From positions 9,240 to 73,239 of IMG/VR virus record IMGVR_UViG_3300032782_000007: a stretch of 64,000 nt of DNA. One strand, 5' to 3'. The translations under genes and the position numbers were made by a program. This stretch comes from a virus. The notes under the pieces were generated by a model. It worked only from the letters and a program-made list of their open reading frames with translations, was not told where the DNA came from and ran no database searches. How positions within the stretch are numbered: the first letter of the stretch is position 1; every line of letters starts with the position of its first letter. Positions 1-8,936 of the stretch are shown piece by piece.

Positions 1-1
1 A

Positions 2-370
2 CAGCAGCAGGCGCAGGCTGCCCAGATGGCGCAACAGCAACAGGCTCAGGCGCAGCAAGCTCAGGCGGCGCAACAGGCCGCGCGAAAAGAGAGTCGAATT
101 GGGGGCCCGCTGATCCGGATCCGGGACGGCGTTCGACCGGTGGAGTATTACGGGCTCGAGCGGAGACTGTTTGAGGGGGAAGCAAAGTCTCGTGCGGACC
201 GATCGCGGCTCGAGTCGAAGCTGGATAGGCTTGGATTTACGAGTCAGCAGATGCAGGAGAAACTACGCGCGCGGTCCCATGAGGATCGAATGATCCACTC
301 GCGGCTGCGGGAGCTGGGGGGACTGGTGCGGGATCTCAACATCGAGGTTCGAGGTCTCCGCCGCTACTAA
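2..370 (+). CDS. 3' end of a gene entering from outside the window; probably portal protein C-terminus
   Basis: Frame is open from position 2 (Gln/Ala-rich). Portal identity is inferred only from its position before the core/protease/capsid genes. Confidence 0.35.
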   Translation, partial: QQQAQAAQMAQQQQAQAQQAQAAQQAARKESRIGGPLIRIRDGVRPVEYYGLERRLFEGEAKSRADRSRLESKLDRLGFTSQQMQEKLRARSHEDRMIHSRLRELGGLVRDLNIEVRGLRRY

Positions 371-438
371 CGGCGGTGGGGAAAGAATAGTCAACGAATA
401 TCGTTGACTGTTTCGGGAAACCACCTTTAGCGTCAAAT

Positions 439-1668
439 GTGATGACGCGGCCGTTTTTCGGTGAAGAGATTGAATCGATCCTAGAAGGCTCGTACGAGCG
501 ACTTCGCGGTCGGGTCGAGAAGGCAATTTCGGAATCGGCAGCGCGGCTCTTCGGGAAAGACGTTTCGGTGACTGTCGAGGGAACGTTTAACGGCTACGCA
601 GTGGTCGTAACGGCGAAGCCGCTCTCTGAGGGGATGTGGCAGAACTTCAAGGACAACGTCTCCGATACTGTTGACAACGCGAAGAAGCTTGCGACGGGTT
701 TCGCGACGGGCGGCATGGCGGGGGTGGGCAAAGCGGCGTTGGATGCGAAGCCCGTAGGCAGCAAGATCGGCCCGCTGACGAATCCGTTTGGTCGTTCCGA
801 CGGCAAGACGCTTGGGCAGACTTTGGGCGGCGACAAGGAGGGCGACGATTCGGAGCCCCCGATGAAGCCGAAAATGCCGAAAGTGCCGGCACTTCCTGCG
901 GAGAGCGTCGAGTACAACGCGTGGCGCGTCAAATACGAGATCGCAGAGAACAAGGAAGTCATGATCGTGGGCTGCGAGCCCATCATGGCGGCGGTGTTCA
1001 ACGAGGCGCAATTCGCGGAGCAGTCGGCGAGAGCGTTCGTAGAGGCGTTCATGCGGGGAACGGCGAGCCGCGCCGATCTCCATTTTGGGCACGTGGTCAA
1101 ACACGCGCTCGAGGCTGCGCCTCCGGTGGAGCCGACGAAGCTCGTCGAGTCGTTTGAAACGCTCGTGAAGAGCGATCGTCCGTGGAAGAAGGTCTATCAG
1201 GAGCAGCGCGCGGCGATCCAGGGGGCGGTCCGTACGGACCTTCCAGCGCTAGAAGCGTCTCGTCTTCAGCCCAAGTTCCGCAAACTCTACGACGGAACTC
1301 TTATCGAGGGAGATCTCTCGGGCTACCAGAGCCTGGTTACGTCAGACCTGACGTATCTCGCCGAACGTGTTGCCGGCCTCTCGAATCGAGTTGAGGCTGC
1401 GCGCGAGAAGCTCAACGGAGTGGTCCCGGCGCTGAAAAAGCCGAGCGATCCGACCCTAAAAGGGTTTGAAGTGTTCGTCGAAGATCTTGCAGCGGATCTT
1501 CGTGGAATCAGAAATGCGCTCACTGAAGGCGCGAAACACACAATTAGTCTTGACGGCCAAGCCAAGCTCTACGACGCTTTAGTAGTCGAGCTACATCAGT
1601 ACGATGTTGCTGGTTTGTTCGTGGAAGCAATGACAACTCGCCTTTCTGCAACAGCAGAGGAGAAGTAG
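439..1668 (+). CDS. Head-module protein, helical C-terminus, function unknown
   Basis: 409-aa ORF in the head cluster; [IL]xE motifs (ILEG, LSEG) like gp21-type cleavage sites; TTGACT..TAGCGT just upstream. Confidence 0.6.
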   Translation: MMTRPFFGEEIESILEGSYERLRGRVEKAISESAARLFGKDVSVTVEGTFNGYAVVVTAKPLSEGMWQNFKDNVSDTVDNAKKLATGFATGGMAGVGKAALDAKPVGSKIGPLTNPFGRSDGKTLGQTLGGDKEGDDSEPPMKPKMPKVPALPAESVEYNAWRVKYEIAENKEVMIVGCEPIMAAVFNEAQFAEQSARAFVEAFMRGTASRADLHFGHVVKHALEAAPPVEPTKLVESFETLVKSDRPWKKVYQEQRAAIQGAVRTDLPALEASRLQPKFRKLYDGTLIEGDLSGYQSLVTSDLTYLAERVAGLSNRVEAAREKLNGVVPALKKPSDPTLKGFEVFVEDLAADLRGIRNALTEGAKHTISLDGQAKLYDALVVELHQYDVAGLFVEAMTTRLSATAEEK

Positions 1669-1673
1669 AAGAC

Positions 1674-2675
1674 ATGTTTGGTCGTCACGCCCCGCTCAGC
1701 CCACTCAACGAGGATCTCCGAAAGCTTGGGATCCTTCCCGAGGAGGGACCGGAGACTCCGGGTCCGTCCGGCGAACCCACCACGAGCGCAGCCGCGCCGG
1801 GTCGAAACGTGGGCGCGCTTACCGACAAGCCGAAGGAGAAGGGCGCAGATCCGACGGACGAAGTTCCGGGTCACGAAGGTGCGAAGCCGCCCGAGGCGAA
1901 TCTGCCTGTAACGCCTGGCGCGCAGTCAGAGGCGATCAAGGGTGAGCCCGACAAGGTTCGCGCTGCGCAGCCTCCGGCGAGCGCGGTCGACGGAAAGGTC
2001 GCTGCCACCAAGGGTCCGAACGAGTCGCTTCCCGGCCCGCTGTCGGTGCGCGAGGCGGTCCAGAAGATCCGCACCTCGACGGGTGTTGTCGAGGGCTCGA
2101 CCCCGCTCGATCGAATCGCGGATGTTCTGACGGACGTCTCGGCGATTATCGAGAACGTCGATGCCAAGCATCGCACGGAGACGGTGAAGGCTTTCGCGAA
2201 CAGCGCGATCATCGCCGAGATGCTCGGTCGCGGTTACGCCGGGTACGCGTACAAGCACCAGGACGGCGATCTTGCCGAGGCGGCAGAGACGCTTGCGACG
2301 ATGGCAGGGGAGGCGCGTGACATCGCGCTTGCGCTGGAGTCGGGCGAGGAGCTGGACGCGGAGGGGGTTGCTGCGGAGTTCCGTCAGCAGATGGACGCTC
2401 TCGTCACGGCGATGGATCTCTACGCCGACATCGTCGAGGCAGACGATGATGAAGAGGATGATGAGGATCCTGAGGACAAGAAGGGCGACAAGCCGGGCGG
2501 CGACAGGGACCCCGCGGAAAAGGACGAAGGGGTCCGTTTCGCGACTCCTCTGATCAAGAACAAGGGCCAGGGAGCGACGCCGCGTCCGACTACGGGTGCG
2601 GGGGCCGCGCTGAGCCGCCTCAACATGAGTCGAACCGAGGGTACGGGTTTTTTTCCGAAGAGGGTGACGCGCTAG
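1674..2675 (+). CDS. Acidic prohead core/scaffold-like protein, with a putative -1 frameshift extension to 2854
   Basis: Acidic low-complexity ORF directly before the protease; ends ACG GGT TTT TTT CCG (TGFFP). Confidence 0.6.
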   Translation: MFGRHAPLSPLNEDLRKLGILPEEGPETPGPSGEPTTSAAAPGRNVGALTDKPKEKGADPTDEVPGHEGAKPPEANLPVTPGAQSEAIKGEPDKVRAAQPPASAVDGKVAATKGPNESLPGPLSVREAVQKIRTSTGVVEGSTPLDRIADVLTDVSAIIENVDAKHRTETVKAFANSAIIAEMLGRGYAGYAYKHQDGDLAEAAETLATMAGEARDIALALESGEELDAEGVAAEFRQQMDALVTAMDLYADIVEADDDEEDDEDPEDKKGDKPGGDRDPAEKDEGVRFATPLIKNKGQGATPRPTTGAGAALSRLNMSRTEGTGFFPKRVTR

Positions 2676-2854
2676 GTTGGGAAGATCTCGACGAGTGGCA
2701 GCGAAAGAGGCGAACAGCCTACTCGAGCGGTCGACGCGAGATCATCGGGGCCCCTAAAAGCCCCTTTCGACTGAAACGACGCACTACCAATCCAGGCAAC
2801 TCACAGATACAGCGAACGAAATTCCGAAGCAACTTCCGTTGGCGCATTCACTGA
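2645..2854 (+). other. Putative -1 slippery site (G GGT TTT TTT) and 66-codon -1-frame extension
   Basis: -1 frame open 2654-2851 (SEEGDALGWEDLDEWQRKRR...FRWRIH), TGA at 2852-2854, 1 nt before the next ATG; no start codon of its own seen. Confidence 0.7.
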
Positions 2855-2855
2855 C

Positions 2856-4457
2856 ATGACCACCACTGAAACGACCGTAAAGACCGCGAAAGCCCCGAAG
2901 CAGCCCAAACAGCTGCTGGTGGACTCATGCTGGGTCCAGCTCCAGTTGGTGGAGGGGCAGCACGAGGGGAAGACCATCGTGCGCGGCGAGTTCGCCAAGT
3001 GCGGGATTGCAACGGAGAACAAGCGCGTTTATCCGGGGAAGCTCTGGGAGCGGGAGTTCAATCGTCTGCGAAAGACGATGAGCGCGGGCTCCTTGTTTGG
3101 AGAGAGCGATCACCCGAGCGATGGTCGGACGCAGCTTTCGCGTGTCTCGCACAAGATCACCAATCTTGAAATCAAAGATGGCGTGGTTGTCGGCGAGGCC
3201 GAGATCATGGATACCGCACGCGGTCGAGATCTCAAAGCGATTTTGGCGAGTGGGGGGAAAATCGGAATCAGCTCTCGCGGTCTTGGTTCGGTTCGTACGA
3301 ACGAGCGCGGCGAGGACATCGTTCAGGACGACTACCGGCTTGTGACGTTCGACTTCGTTGCAGATCCGGCCGACCAGGACGCGTTTCCGGGAGTTTTCTA
3401 CGAGCATCGAGAGGAACGGATGGAGCAGGACCAAGAGGCGAAGCAGGCGCAGGAATTCGCGGCGGCCGTTGAGCAGGCCAGGAAAGAGAGCCGCGAGGGA
3501 GCCGAGGCGGCGCTTCGTGAGGAGTTCGCCAAAGAGATGGTCACGCGCCTCTCGGCGTTTCGAGCGGAGATCGCGGAACAGATCCGGGGCGAGCTGCTTT
3601 CGGATCCCTCGGTAGCGGGGGCGAAGGTCGCCCTCGAGCGAGTCAAGGACGCTCTTCGACCGTTCGTGCTTCCTGAGGACGCGAAAATCGTTGGCGAGCA
3701 GAAGGACAGCGAGATCGGTCAGCTGAAGAAGATGCTCGCGGAGCAGTCGCTGAGGCTGAAGACACTCGAGGAGGAGAAGTCCAACCTCGAGAAGGTGGCC
3801 AAAGAGGCCGGCTACAAGTTCTACCTCGAGCGCCAAATCGGTTCGGATCCGGATGCGGAGCTTATCCGCAAGCTCCTCGGTGACGTAACGGTTTTCAAGA
3901 CTGGCGCGGAGCTGCAGGAGAAGATCGAAGCGGTCCGTACGGACCTGCAAACCAAGCGGGCAGAGGCGGCGAAGCTGACCGAGGAGATCGAGGCGGAGAA
4001 GCGTGCCGAGCGGGATCGCAAGGAGAAGGAGCGTGTCCGCGCGCTCAAGCACGAGGAGTCACTCCGCGAGGAAGTGGCCCAGCTCCGCGAGGCTCTTGCG
4101 AAGTCGTACCGCGTGAACCAGGAGTTCGAAGTTCTCTACTACGCGGAAGAGCGTCTTCGCAATCATCCGCGTGCCGCCGAGATCCGGCCGCTCGTGGAGA
4201 ACTCGACTCTCGAGTCGAAAGAGCAGATCGACAAGATTCTGGACGGATTCCGTGCAGCACCGCTGCAGTCGGAGGAAGTCGCGAATGTCAGGGCGCGCGT
4301 GCGCCAGCTTACCCAGGGGGGTCATGGACCGGACGCAATCGAGGAGGCAAAGCCTGCTCGGCCGCGGTCGGAAAATGGAGGATTTTTCGAGCGTTTGGGA
4401 ACAACCAGGGAAGAGCAGCGCGGCCTGATGGGCTTCGCTCCCACCCGAACGAAGTGA
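2856..4457 (+). CDS. Prohead protease (T4 gp21-like) fused to coiled-coil scaffold
   Basis: Motifs NKRVYP, GESDHP, VSHKIT, GISSRGLGS, TFDFVADP, then ~340 aa of Glu/Lys-rich coiled coil. Confidence 0.92.
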   Translation: MTTTETTVKTAKAPKQPKQLLVDSCWVQLQLVEGQHEGKTIVRGEFAKCGIATENKRVYPGKLWEREFNRLRKTMSAGSLFGESDHPSDGRTQLSRVSHKITNLEIKDGVVVGEAEIMDTARGRDLKAILASGGKIGISSRGLGSVRTNERGEDIVQDDYRLVTFDFVADPADQDAFPGVFYEHREERMEQDQEAKQAQEFAAAVEQARKESREGAEAALREEFAKEMVTRLSAFRAEIAEQIRGELLSDPSVAGAKVALERVKDALRPFVLPEDAKIVGEQKDSEIGQLKKMLAEQSLRLKTLEEEKSNLEKVAKEAGYKFYLERQIGSDPDAELIRKLLGDVTVFKTGAELQEKIEAVRTDLQTKRAEAAKLTEEIEAEKRAERDRKEKERVRALKHEESLREEVAQLREALAKSYRVNQEFEVLYYAEERLRNHPRAAEIRPLVENSTLESKEQIDKILDGFRAAPLQSEEVANVRARVRQLTQGGHGPDAIEEAKPARPRSENGGFFERLGTTREEQRGLMGFAPTRTK

Positions 4458-4499
4458 CGAACGAGTCCCGCATAGCGGGAACCATTTGAGGCAAACAAG

Positions 4500-6008
4500 A
4501 TGTCTACAGAAGCACGTGAAATATTGGCAGAGCAGCAGGCGCGGACGATCGCCGACAAGAGCTACGTCCGAAGCCTTGTTCAGAAGTGGGGCGAGTTTCT
4601 CGAGGGGATTCCGGACAAGACGGAACAGCAGCGCTACACGCTCGGCGTGGCGGCGATCCTCATGGAGAACCAGTGCCAGCACCTCTTGACGATGAACGAG
4701 GACACGCGAACGGCCAACGTTGGTTCGTTCACGAAGTTCATCTTCCCGATCCTGCGCCGGGTCTTCCCGAACCTGATCGCGAACGAGATCGTCTCGGTAC
4801 AGCCGATGACGGCTCCGACGGCGGCGGTCTTCTACCTCGACTACGTCTACGGCACGACCAAGGGCCAGACGCAGGCGGGAAACGTCTTCCCGCGTGACTT
4901 CGACCGCAACTACTCCTCGGAGTACGTGCAGGGCGAAATCCTTTGGACGGGTGACGGTACCCACGGTGGTGGTGCGGGCACGGCGATCTCGCTGAGCCTC
5001 GCGTTCAACCCAGTTCGTCCGCTCAACACGACGCTCGGCTTCTCCTGCGTGGTTCAGGAAGAGGACTCGACGGGCACGGCGGTCCAGGTGGCGACCGACA
5101 ACGGAACGGGTGGATTCACCTTCGTTCCGGCTGGCGGATCCACCGCGGGCACGATCAACTACTCGAACGGCGCGATCTCTGGATTCAAGTTCCAGAACGC
5201 TCCGGCGAGCGGAAACAAGGTCCGAGCCTACTACTACTACGACGGGGAGCTGAACCAGAAGGTTCCGCAGATCAACCTCGACGTCAAGCAGGCGCCGGTT
5301 CAGGCCCAGCCGCGTCGACTGAAGGCGCTCTGGTCGGCAGAGGCCGCTGAGGACCTCCGCGCGTTCCACGGGATCGACGCTGAGACCGAAATGGTTTCGG
5401 CTGTCGCCCAGGACATCGCGCTCGAGATCGACCGTGAGATCGTCAACGATCTCTTCGCGGCCTCGACGGGAACGACCGCGTCGTTCGACCGTGTACCCCC
5501 GGCGGGTATCGCGGAGATCGACCACCTCCGCGCGATGATCACGCAGATCTCGACGGTGTCGAACCTCATCCACAAGAAAACGCTGCGTGCGCCCGCGAAC
5601 TTCATCGTCACGTCCCCGGACGTGTCGGCGCTGATCGCGCAGCTCACCACGCACGGTGACTACCGTCCGCTCTGGGTCAGCGGCGGCGAATCCCCGTACG
5701 GCCCGGCAGACATGCCGCGTCCGCTCACCCAGCACGGGCAGTTCGGTATCTACAAGACCGGAACGCTCATGAACAAGTGGATGGTCTACGAAGACCCGTT
5801 CTTCACGCGCGATCAGATGCTGATCGGGCTCAAGGGCGGAAGCTTCCTCGACGCCGGATACGTCTGGGCGCCGTACATCCCGCTTCAGGTGACTCCGACC
5901 TTCCTCGATCCGGCAGACTTTTCCTTCAGGAAGGGCCTCCGCACGCGTTACGCTAAGAAGTTGCTTCGAAGCGAATTCTACGGCCAAATGCGAATTCTTA
6001 ATCTTTGA
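4500..6008 (+). CDS. Major capsid protein, T4 gp23-like, with inserted beta domain
   Basis: RRVFPNLIANEIVSVQPM, RRLKALWS.EA.EDL.AFHGIDAE.E, WAPYIPL...GLRTRY motifs. Confidence 0.96.
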   Translation: MSTEAREILAEQQARTIADKSYVRSLVQKWGEFLEGIPDKTEQQRYTLGVAAILMENQCQHLLTMNEDTRTANVGSFTKFIFPILRRVFPNLIANEIVSVQPMTAPTAAVFYLDYVYGTTKGQTQAGNVFPRDFDRNYSSEYVQGEILWTGDGTHGGGAGTAISLSLAFNPVRPLNTTLGFSCVVQEEDSTGTAVQVATDNGTGGFTFVPAGGSTAGTINYSNGAISGFKFQNAPASGNKVRAYYYYDGELNQKVPQINLDVKQAPVQAQPRRLKALWSAEAAEDLRAFHGIDAETEMVSAVAQDIALEIDREIVNDLFAASTGTTASFDRVPPAGIAEIDHLRAMITQISTVSNLIHKKTLRAPANFIVTSPDVSALIAQLTTHGDYRPLWVSGGESPYGPADMPRPLTQHGQFGIYKTGTLMNKWMVYEDPFFTRDQMLIGLKGGSFLDAGYVWAPYIPLQVTPTFLDPADFSFRKGLRTRYAKKLLRSEFYGQMRILNL

Positions 6009-6030
6009 TCCAGTAACACTGGAATTTCCT

Positions 6031-6067
6031 CCGGAAACCTCGGCGAAAGCCGGGGTTTCCGGCATTT
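6031..6067 (+). terminator. Intrinsic terminator after the capsid gene
   Basis: CCGGAAACCTCGGC-GAAA-GCCGGGGTTTCCGG stem-loop followed by CATTT. Confidence 0.75.
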
Positions 6068-6125
6068 AAGGGTCCACACAAAATTTGTGTTGAACGTGCA
6101 CGCCTCGGAGCGTATAACTCTCGGC

Positions 6126-7226
6126 ATGGGTCGAGTCGCAGGGAAGAAGCACGAGAAGCCGCGGGTATACTTGGCGCCCGAGCAGAAAACAGCATTGGTC
6201 CGTCGATACAACGAGGCGTTAGCCTCGAACGAGTTCCTCACGCAGGCCCAGCTGGGGGCGGAGTTCGGAATCACGCAGGTAGCGGCAAGCAAGATTCTCC
6301 GTGCGGCGGGGGTGAGGACGCGTTCCCGTGAGGAGGCGTGCCCGACGCGGATAGATCCTCAGGAGGCAGCTAGGATCTACCTGGAGAACCCTCGAATGAC
6401 GATCGAAGAGGTCGGCGAGCTGTACGACGTCGGTTACACGGCGACTCGAGACCAGCTGCTCAAAGCGGGAGTACCGTTGAGGACGTCAACGGACTACGCG
6501 CGATACGCGTGCAACAGGAATTTCTTTGCTGAGGTGAACCCTACGACCGCGTACTTTGCGGGGTTCATCGCCGCTGACGGATACATCACCAAATCGGGTT
6601 TGTCCGTGAATTTCGGGCTCCATCCGAAAGACGCGGTGATTCTGACGAATCTCAAGGCAGCCTGTGGATCGGAGCATCCAATAGTGGTCAGGCCTAACAA
6701 CACAGGGAGGTTATACAGCTGGCTCTCGGTGTGCAGCATCGACTGGGTGCGGGACCTCGAGCGTCACTACAATATCGTCAACGCGAAGTCGTTGATCCTT
6801 AGGCCTCCGAATCTGACCGATGAGGGCCTGATCTGGCACTTCATCCGCGGCTACTTCGACGGCGATGGACATGCAAGTCTTGCCGGTCTGGTACATATCA
6901 TCACAGGTTCCCAGGCGTTTATGGGCTGGCTGAAAGAGATTCTAGGAGAGCCCGGGCACATCCAGGAACACGAGTGGCTCAACGAGGACAAGGAGACCTA
7001 CATTTGCGGCTACGGCGCCTGGTGGTCTAAACTTGCGGACGCTAAACGGATTGCGCTGAAAATGTACGCCGACTCCACGCCCGCCATCCGGCTGGAGCGT
7101 AAATTTCTGCGTTTGCAACGGCATTTCGGGCCTGGGCCTCAGACGGCGCCCGAAGAGTTCGAGGACGTTCTCGAGCTAGACGACGCGGACGACGCCCCCG
7201 AGTTGGAACGGATTAAAGGCGCTTGA
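6126..7226 (+). CDS. Free-standing LAGLIDADG homing endonuclease with N-terminal HTH repeats
   Basis: AYFAGFIAADG and FIRGYFDGDG motifs; TTGAAC-17-TATAAC promoter 7 nt before ATG 6126. Confidence 0.9.
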   Translation: MGRVAGKKHEKPRVYLAPEQKTALVRRYNEALASNEFLTQAQLGAEFGITQVAASKILRAAGVRTRSREEACPTRIDPQEAARIYLENPRMTIEEVGELYDVGYTATRDQLLKAGVPLRTSTDYARYACNRNFFAEVNPTTAYFAGFIAADGYITKSGLSVNFGLHPKDAVILTNLKAACGSEHPIVVRPNNTGRLYSWLSVCSIDWVRDLERHYNIVNAKSLILRPPNLTDEGLIWHFIRGYFDGDGHASLAGLVHIITGSQAFMGWLKEILGEPGHIQEHEWLNEDKETYICGYGAWWSKLADAKRIALKMYADSTPAIRLERKFLRLQRHFGPGPQTAPEEFEDVLELDDADDAPELERIKGA

Positions 7227-7645
7227 AATCCGTGTCGGAATTGTGTCTCCACAGCTCCAAAGGGATCCTTCGGTACGAGATCGTCCCGGGGTACGGGTAC
7301 CGAGCGGTCGTGGAGATCGACGAGGAGATCTCCAATTTCGCGCGCGCCCTGATCCCCAAATCGATTCGTTGGAACCGACCCCTGTACGCGCCGCACATCT
7401 CCGTGATTCGCAAGGAGACTCCAAGGAACTTGTACGTCTGGGGGGCCTACCAGGGGGAGGAGATCCCCTTCGAGTATGACTCGACGCTCTTTAACGATGC
7501 CACCTACTGGTGGCTGAGGTGCTGGAGTCGGCGCCTAGAGACGATCAGAGAGGAACTGGGACTCCCCACGCACACCTCGTACACGAGGGCCCCTGACGGC
7601 GCACAGTGCTTTCACACGACGGTGGCGAATACCAAGGGAATGTAG
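7223..7645 (+). CDS. 2H phosphoesterase family protein
   Basis: Two Hx[ST] motifs, PHISV and FHTTV, at 2H-like spacing; TTG start uncertain. Confidence 0.7.
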   Translation: MKSVSELCLHSSKGILRYEIVPGYGYRAVVEIDEEISNFARALIPKSIRWNRPLYAPHISVIRKETPRNLYVWGAYQGEEIPFEYDSTLFNDATYWWLRCWSRRLETIREELGLPTHTSYTRAPDGAQCFHTTVANTKGM

Positions 7646-7697
7646 TGGACATACGACGCGCGTGACAATCGTCTCAGTCCGTGGTAGCTTCTCGCGT

Positions 7698-7991
7698 ATG
7701 AAGAACGAGACGATTGAGACGACGGGGATGAAGATCGCGCAACTCATGTGGCCGCACGCGATTCTCGTGGGGGCCCTTGTGGGTCGTTCCACGGGGTCGA
7801 AGGCTGGCGACAAGCACTCCGCGATGTTGTACGGAAGCCTCGACGGGAGCAACTGCTCCTTCGAGGTCATGGACGAGGGCGCGACGAAGCTCGAGGCGTT
7901 CCGCAAGGTGGTCCGAAAGTGCCTCCGGACGACAACTGGGGCTGCGCGCGCGGAGATCGAGCAGCTCGCTGCGGCAGCCGAACGCGAGTAG
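7698..7991 (+). CDS. Hypothetical protein, leaderless
   Basis: GTGACA-17-TAGCTT promoter 7 nt upstream of ATG 7698. Confidence 0.55.
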   Translation: MKNETIETTGMKIAQLMWPHAILVGALVGRSTGSKAGDKHSAMLYGSLDGSNCSFEVMDEGATKLEAFRKVVRKCLRTTTGAARAEIEQLAAAAERE

Positions 7992-8025
7992 TCGTGCGCG
8001 CCTTTTGGCGGGTGTTGAGGGTGAA

Positions 8026-8553
8026 ATGCTAATTCTCGATATCGGCGCGCGTCCAATCCGCGTCACTTACACCTACGAAGTAGCCACCGAATACCCGCCG
8101 CAGCGCGGCGACTCCTACCAGGACCGTTCCACGCACGCGGAGTGGGTGGTAGCGGAGGTCGTTACGGCTCCGCCGGCGATTCGTAATCCGCCCGCGACGA
8201 AGCCCCTGTACGAGGTGACACTGCGATCTCCCTGGGGAGCGCCTGCTGTGCCGATGCGTTTGATCGCGATGTACGAGCAGGCGCTCGGCGGGTACCTCCA
8301 GAGAACCCCTACCGGCTCCGTTCTCGGGCTCGGAGAGCTTCCAGGGCTAGCCCACTCGTGGATGTTCAGGGAGAACATCAACGCCAACGGGGAGCGCGAG
8401 TTCGCTCTGTTTGTGGGACCGCGTGTGGGATCTTTCGTCGAGTTCTGTGGCAGCCTCATCGAGTACAAAACGCCGTGGGAGGATCGGGACTCGCTTCCGT
8501 GGTGGTTCGTCGAGCAATCGCAGTCGCAGTTTCGTAAGGACTTCCATGAATAA
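8026..8553 (+). CDS. Hypothetical protein
   Basis: ATG 8026 after GAGG; stop overlaps the next start. Confidence 0.55.
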   Translation: MLILDIGARPIRVTYTYEVATEYPPQRGDSYQDRSTHAEWVVAEVVTAPPAIRNPPATKPLYEVTLRSPWGAPAVPMRLIAMYEQALGGYLQRTPTGSVLGLGELPGLAHSWMFRENINANGEREFALFVGPRVGSFVEFCGSLIEYKTPWEDRDSLPWWFVEQSQSQFRKDFHE

Positions 8554-8905
8554 CGGTTATCCAGGCGTGGGCCAAACACCGCTGTTTGCTCCGCGACTGC
8601 GTGTAGAGCTGGAACACGTCAAGCACGGTATCCAGACGATGCTCACGGCGCATACGGAAGAACTTCAGCAGATGGCGGAGGAAGCGCTCGCGGAGCTTCT
8701 CGTTCCAGAGAAGATCGCCGAGCGAGTACGTCAGGAGGTTGAGGCCCAGCTTCGGCGGGTCCTGGACGAGACGATTGTCACTGCGATTCGATCGTCCGTC
8801 GGCGATGTCGTATTCGAACGAGTTCGAGAGGCTACGTTGTTGGCGGCGAAAACGGAGGTAGAACGCCTCTCGAAGCGCGCCAAGCGCGGCCGCCAGCGAC
8901 GTTGA
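8546..8905 (+). CDS. Hypothetical helical protein
   Basis: ATG 8546 after AAGGA; coupled to the previous gene. Confidence 0.55.
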   Translation: MNNGYPGVGQTPLFAPRLRVELEHVKHGIQTMLTAHTEELQQMAEEALAELLVPEKIAERVRQEVEAQLRRVLDETIVTAIRSSVGDVVFERVREATLLAAKTEVERLSKRAKRGRQRR

Positions 8906-8930
8906 CAATCCCTTCCATCTCGCGTAGTGT
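8902..8930 (+). promoter_or_regulatory. Sigma70-type promoter, leaderless transcript
   Basis: TTGACA (8902-8907), 17 nt, TAGTGT (8925-8930), ATG 6 nt later. Confidence 0.7.
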
Positions 8931-8936
8931 CGCTGT

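Noticed and set aside
3291-3302. GTTCGTACGAAC as a ninth palindrome copy
   Set aside because: Two mismatches, lacks the A-rich/T-rich flanks, and lies beside the conserved protease SRGLGS motif; not counted.
4059-6065. 668-aa minus-strand ORF and many similar long antisense ORFs
   Set aside because: Shadow frames of GC3-biased genes, Arg-rich and without motifs.
6009-7226. Group I intron or intein carrying the LAGLIDADG gene
   Set aside because: The capsid gene is complete, a terminator and separate promoter intervene, and no intein terminal motifs are present.
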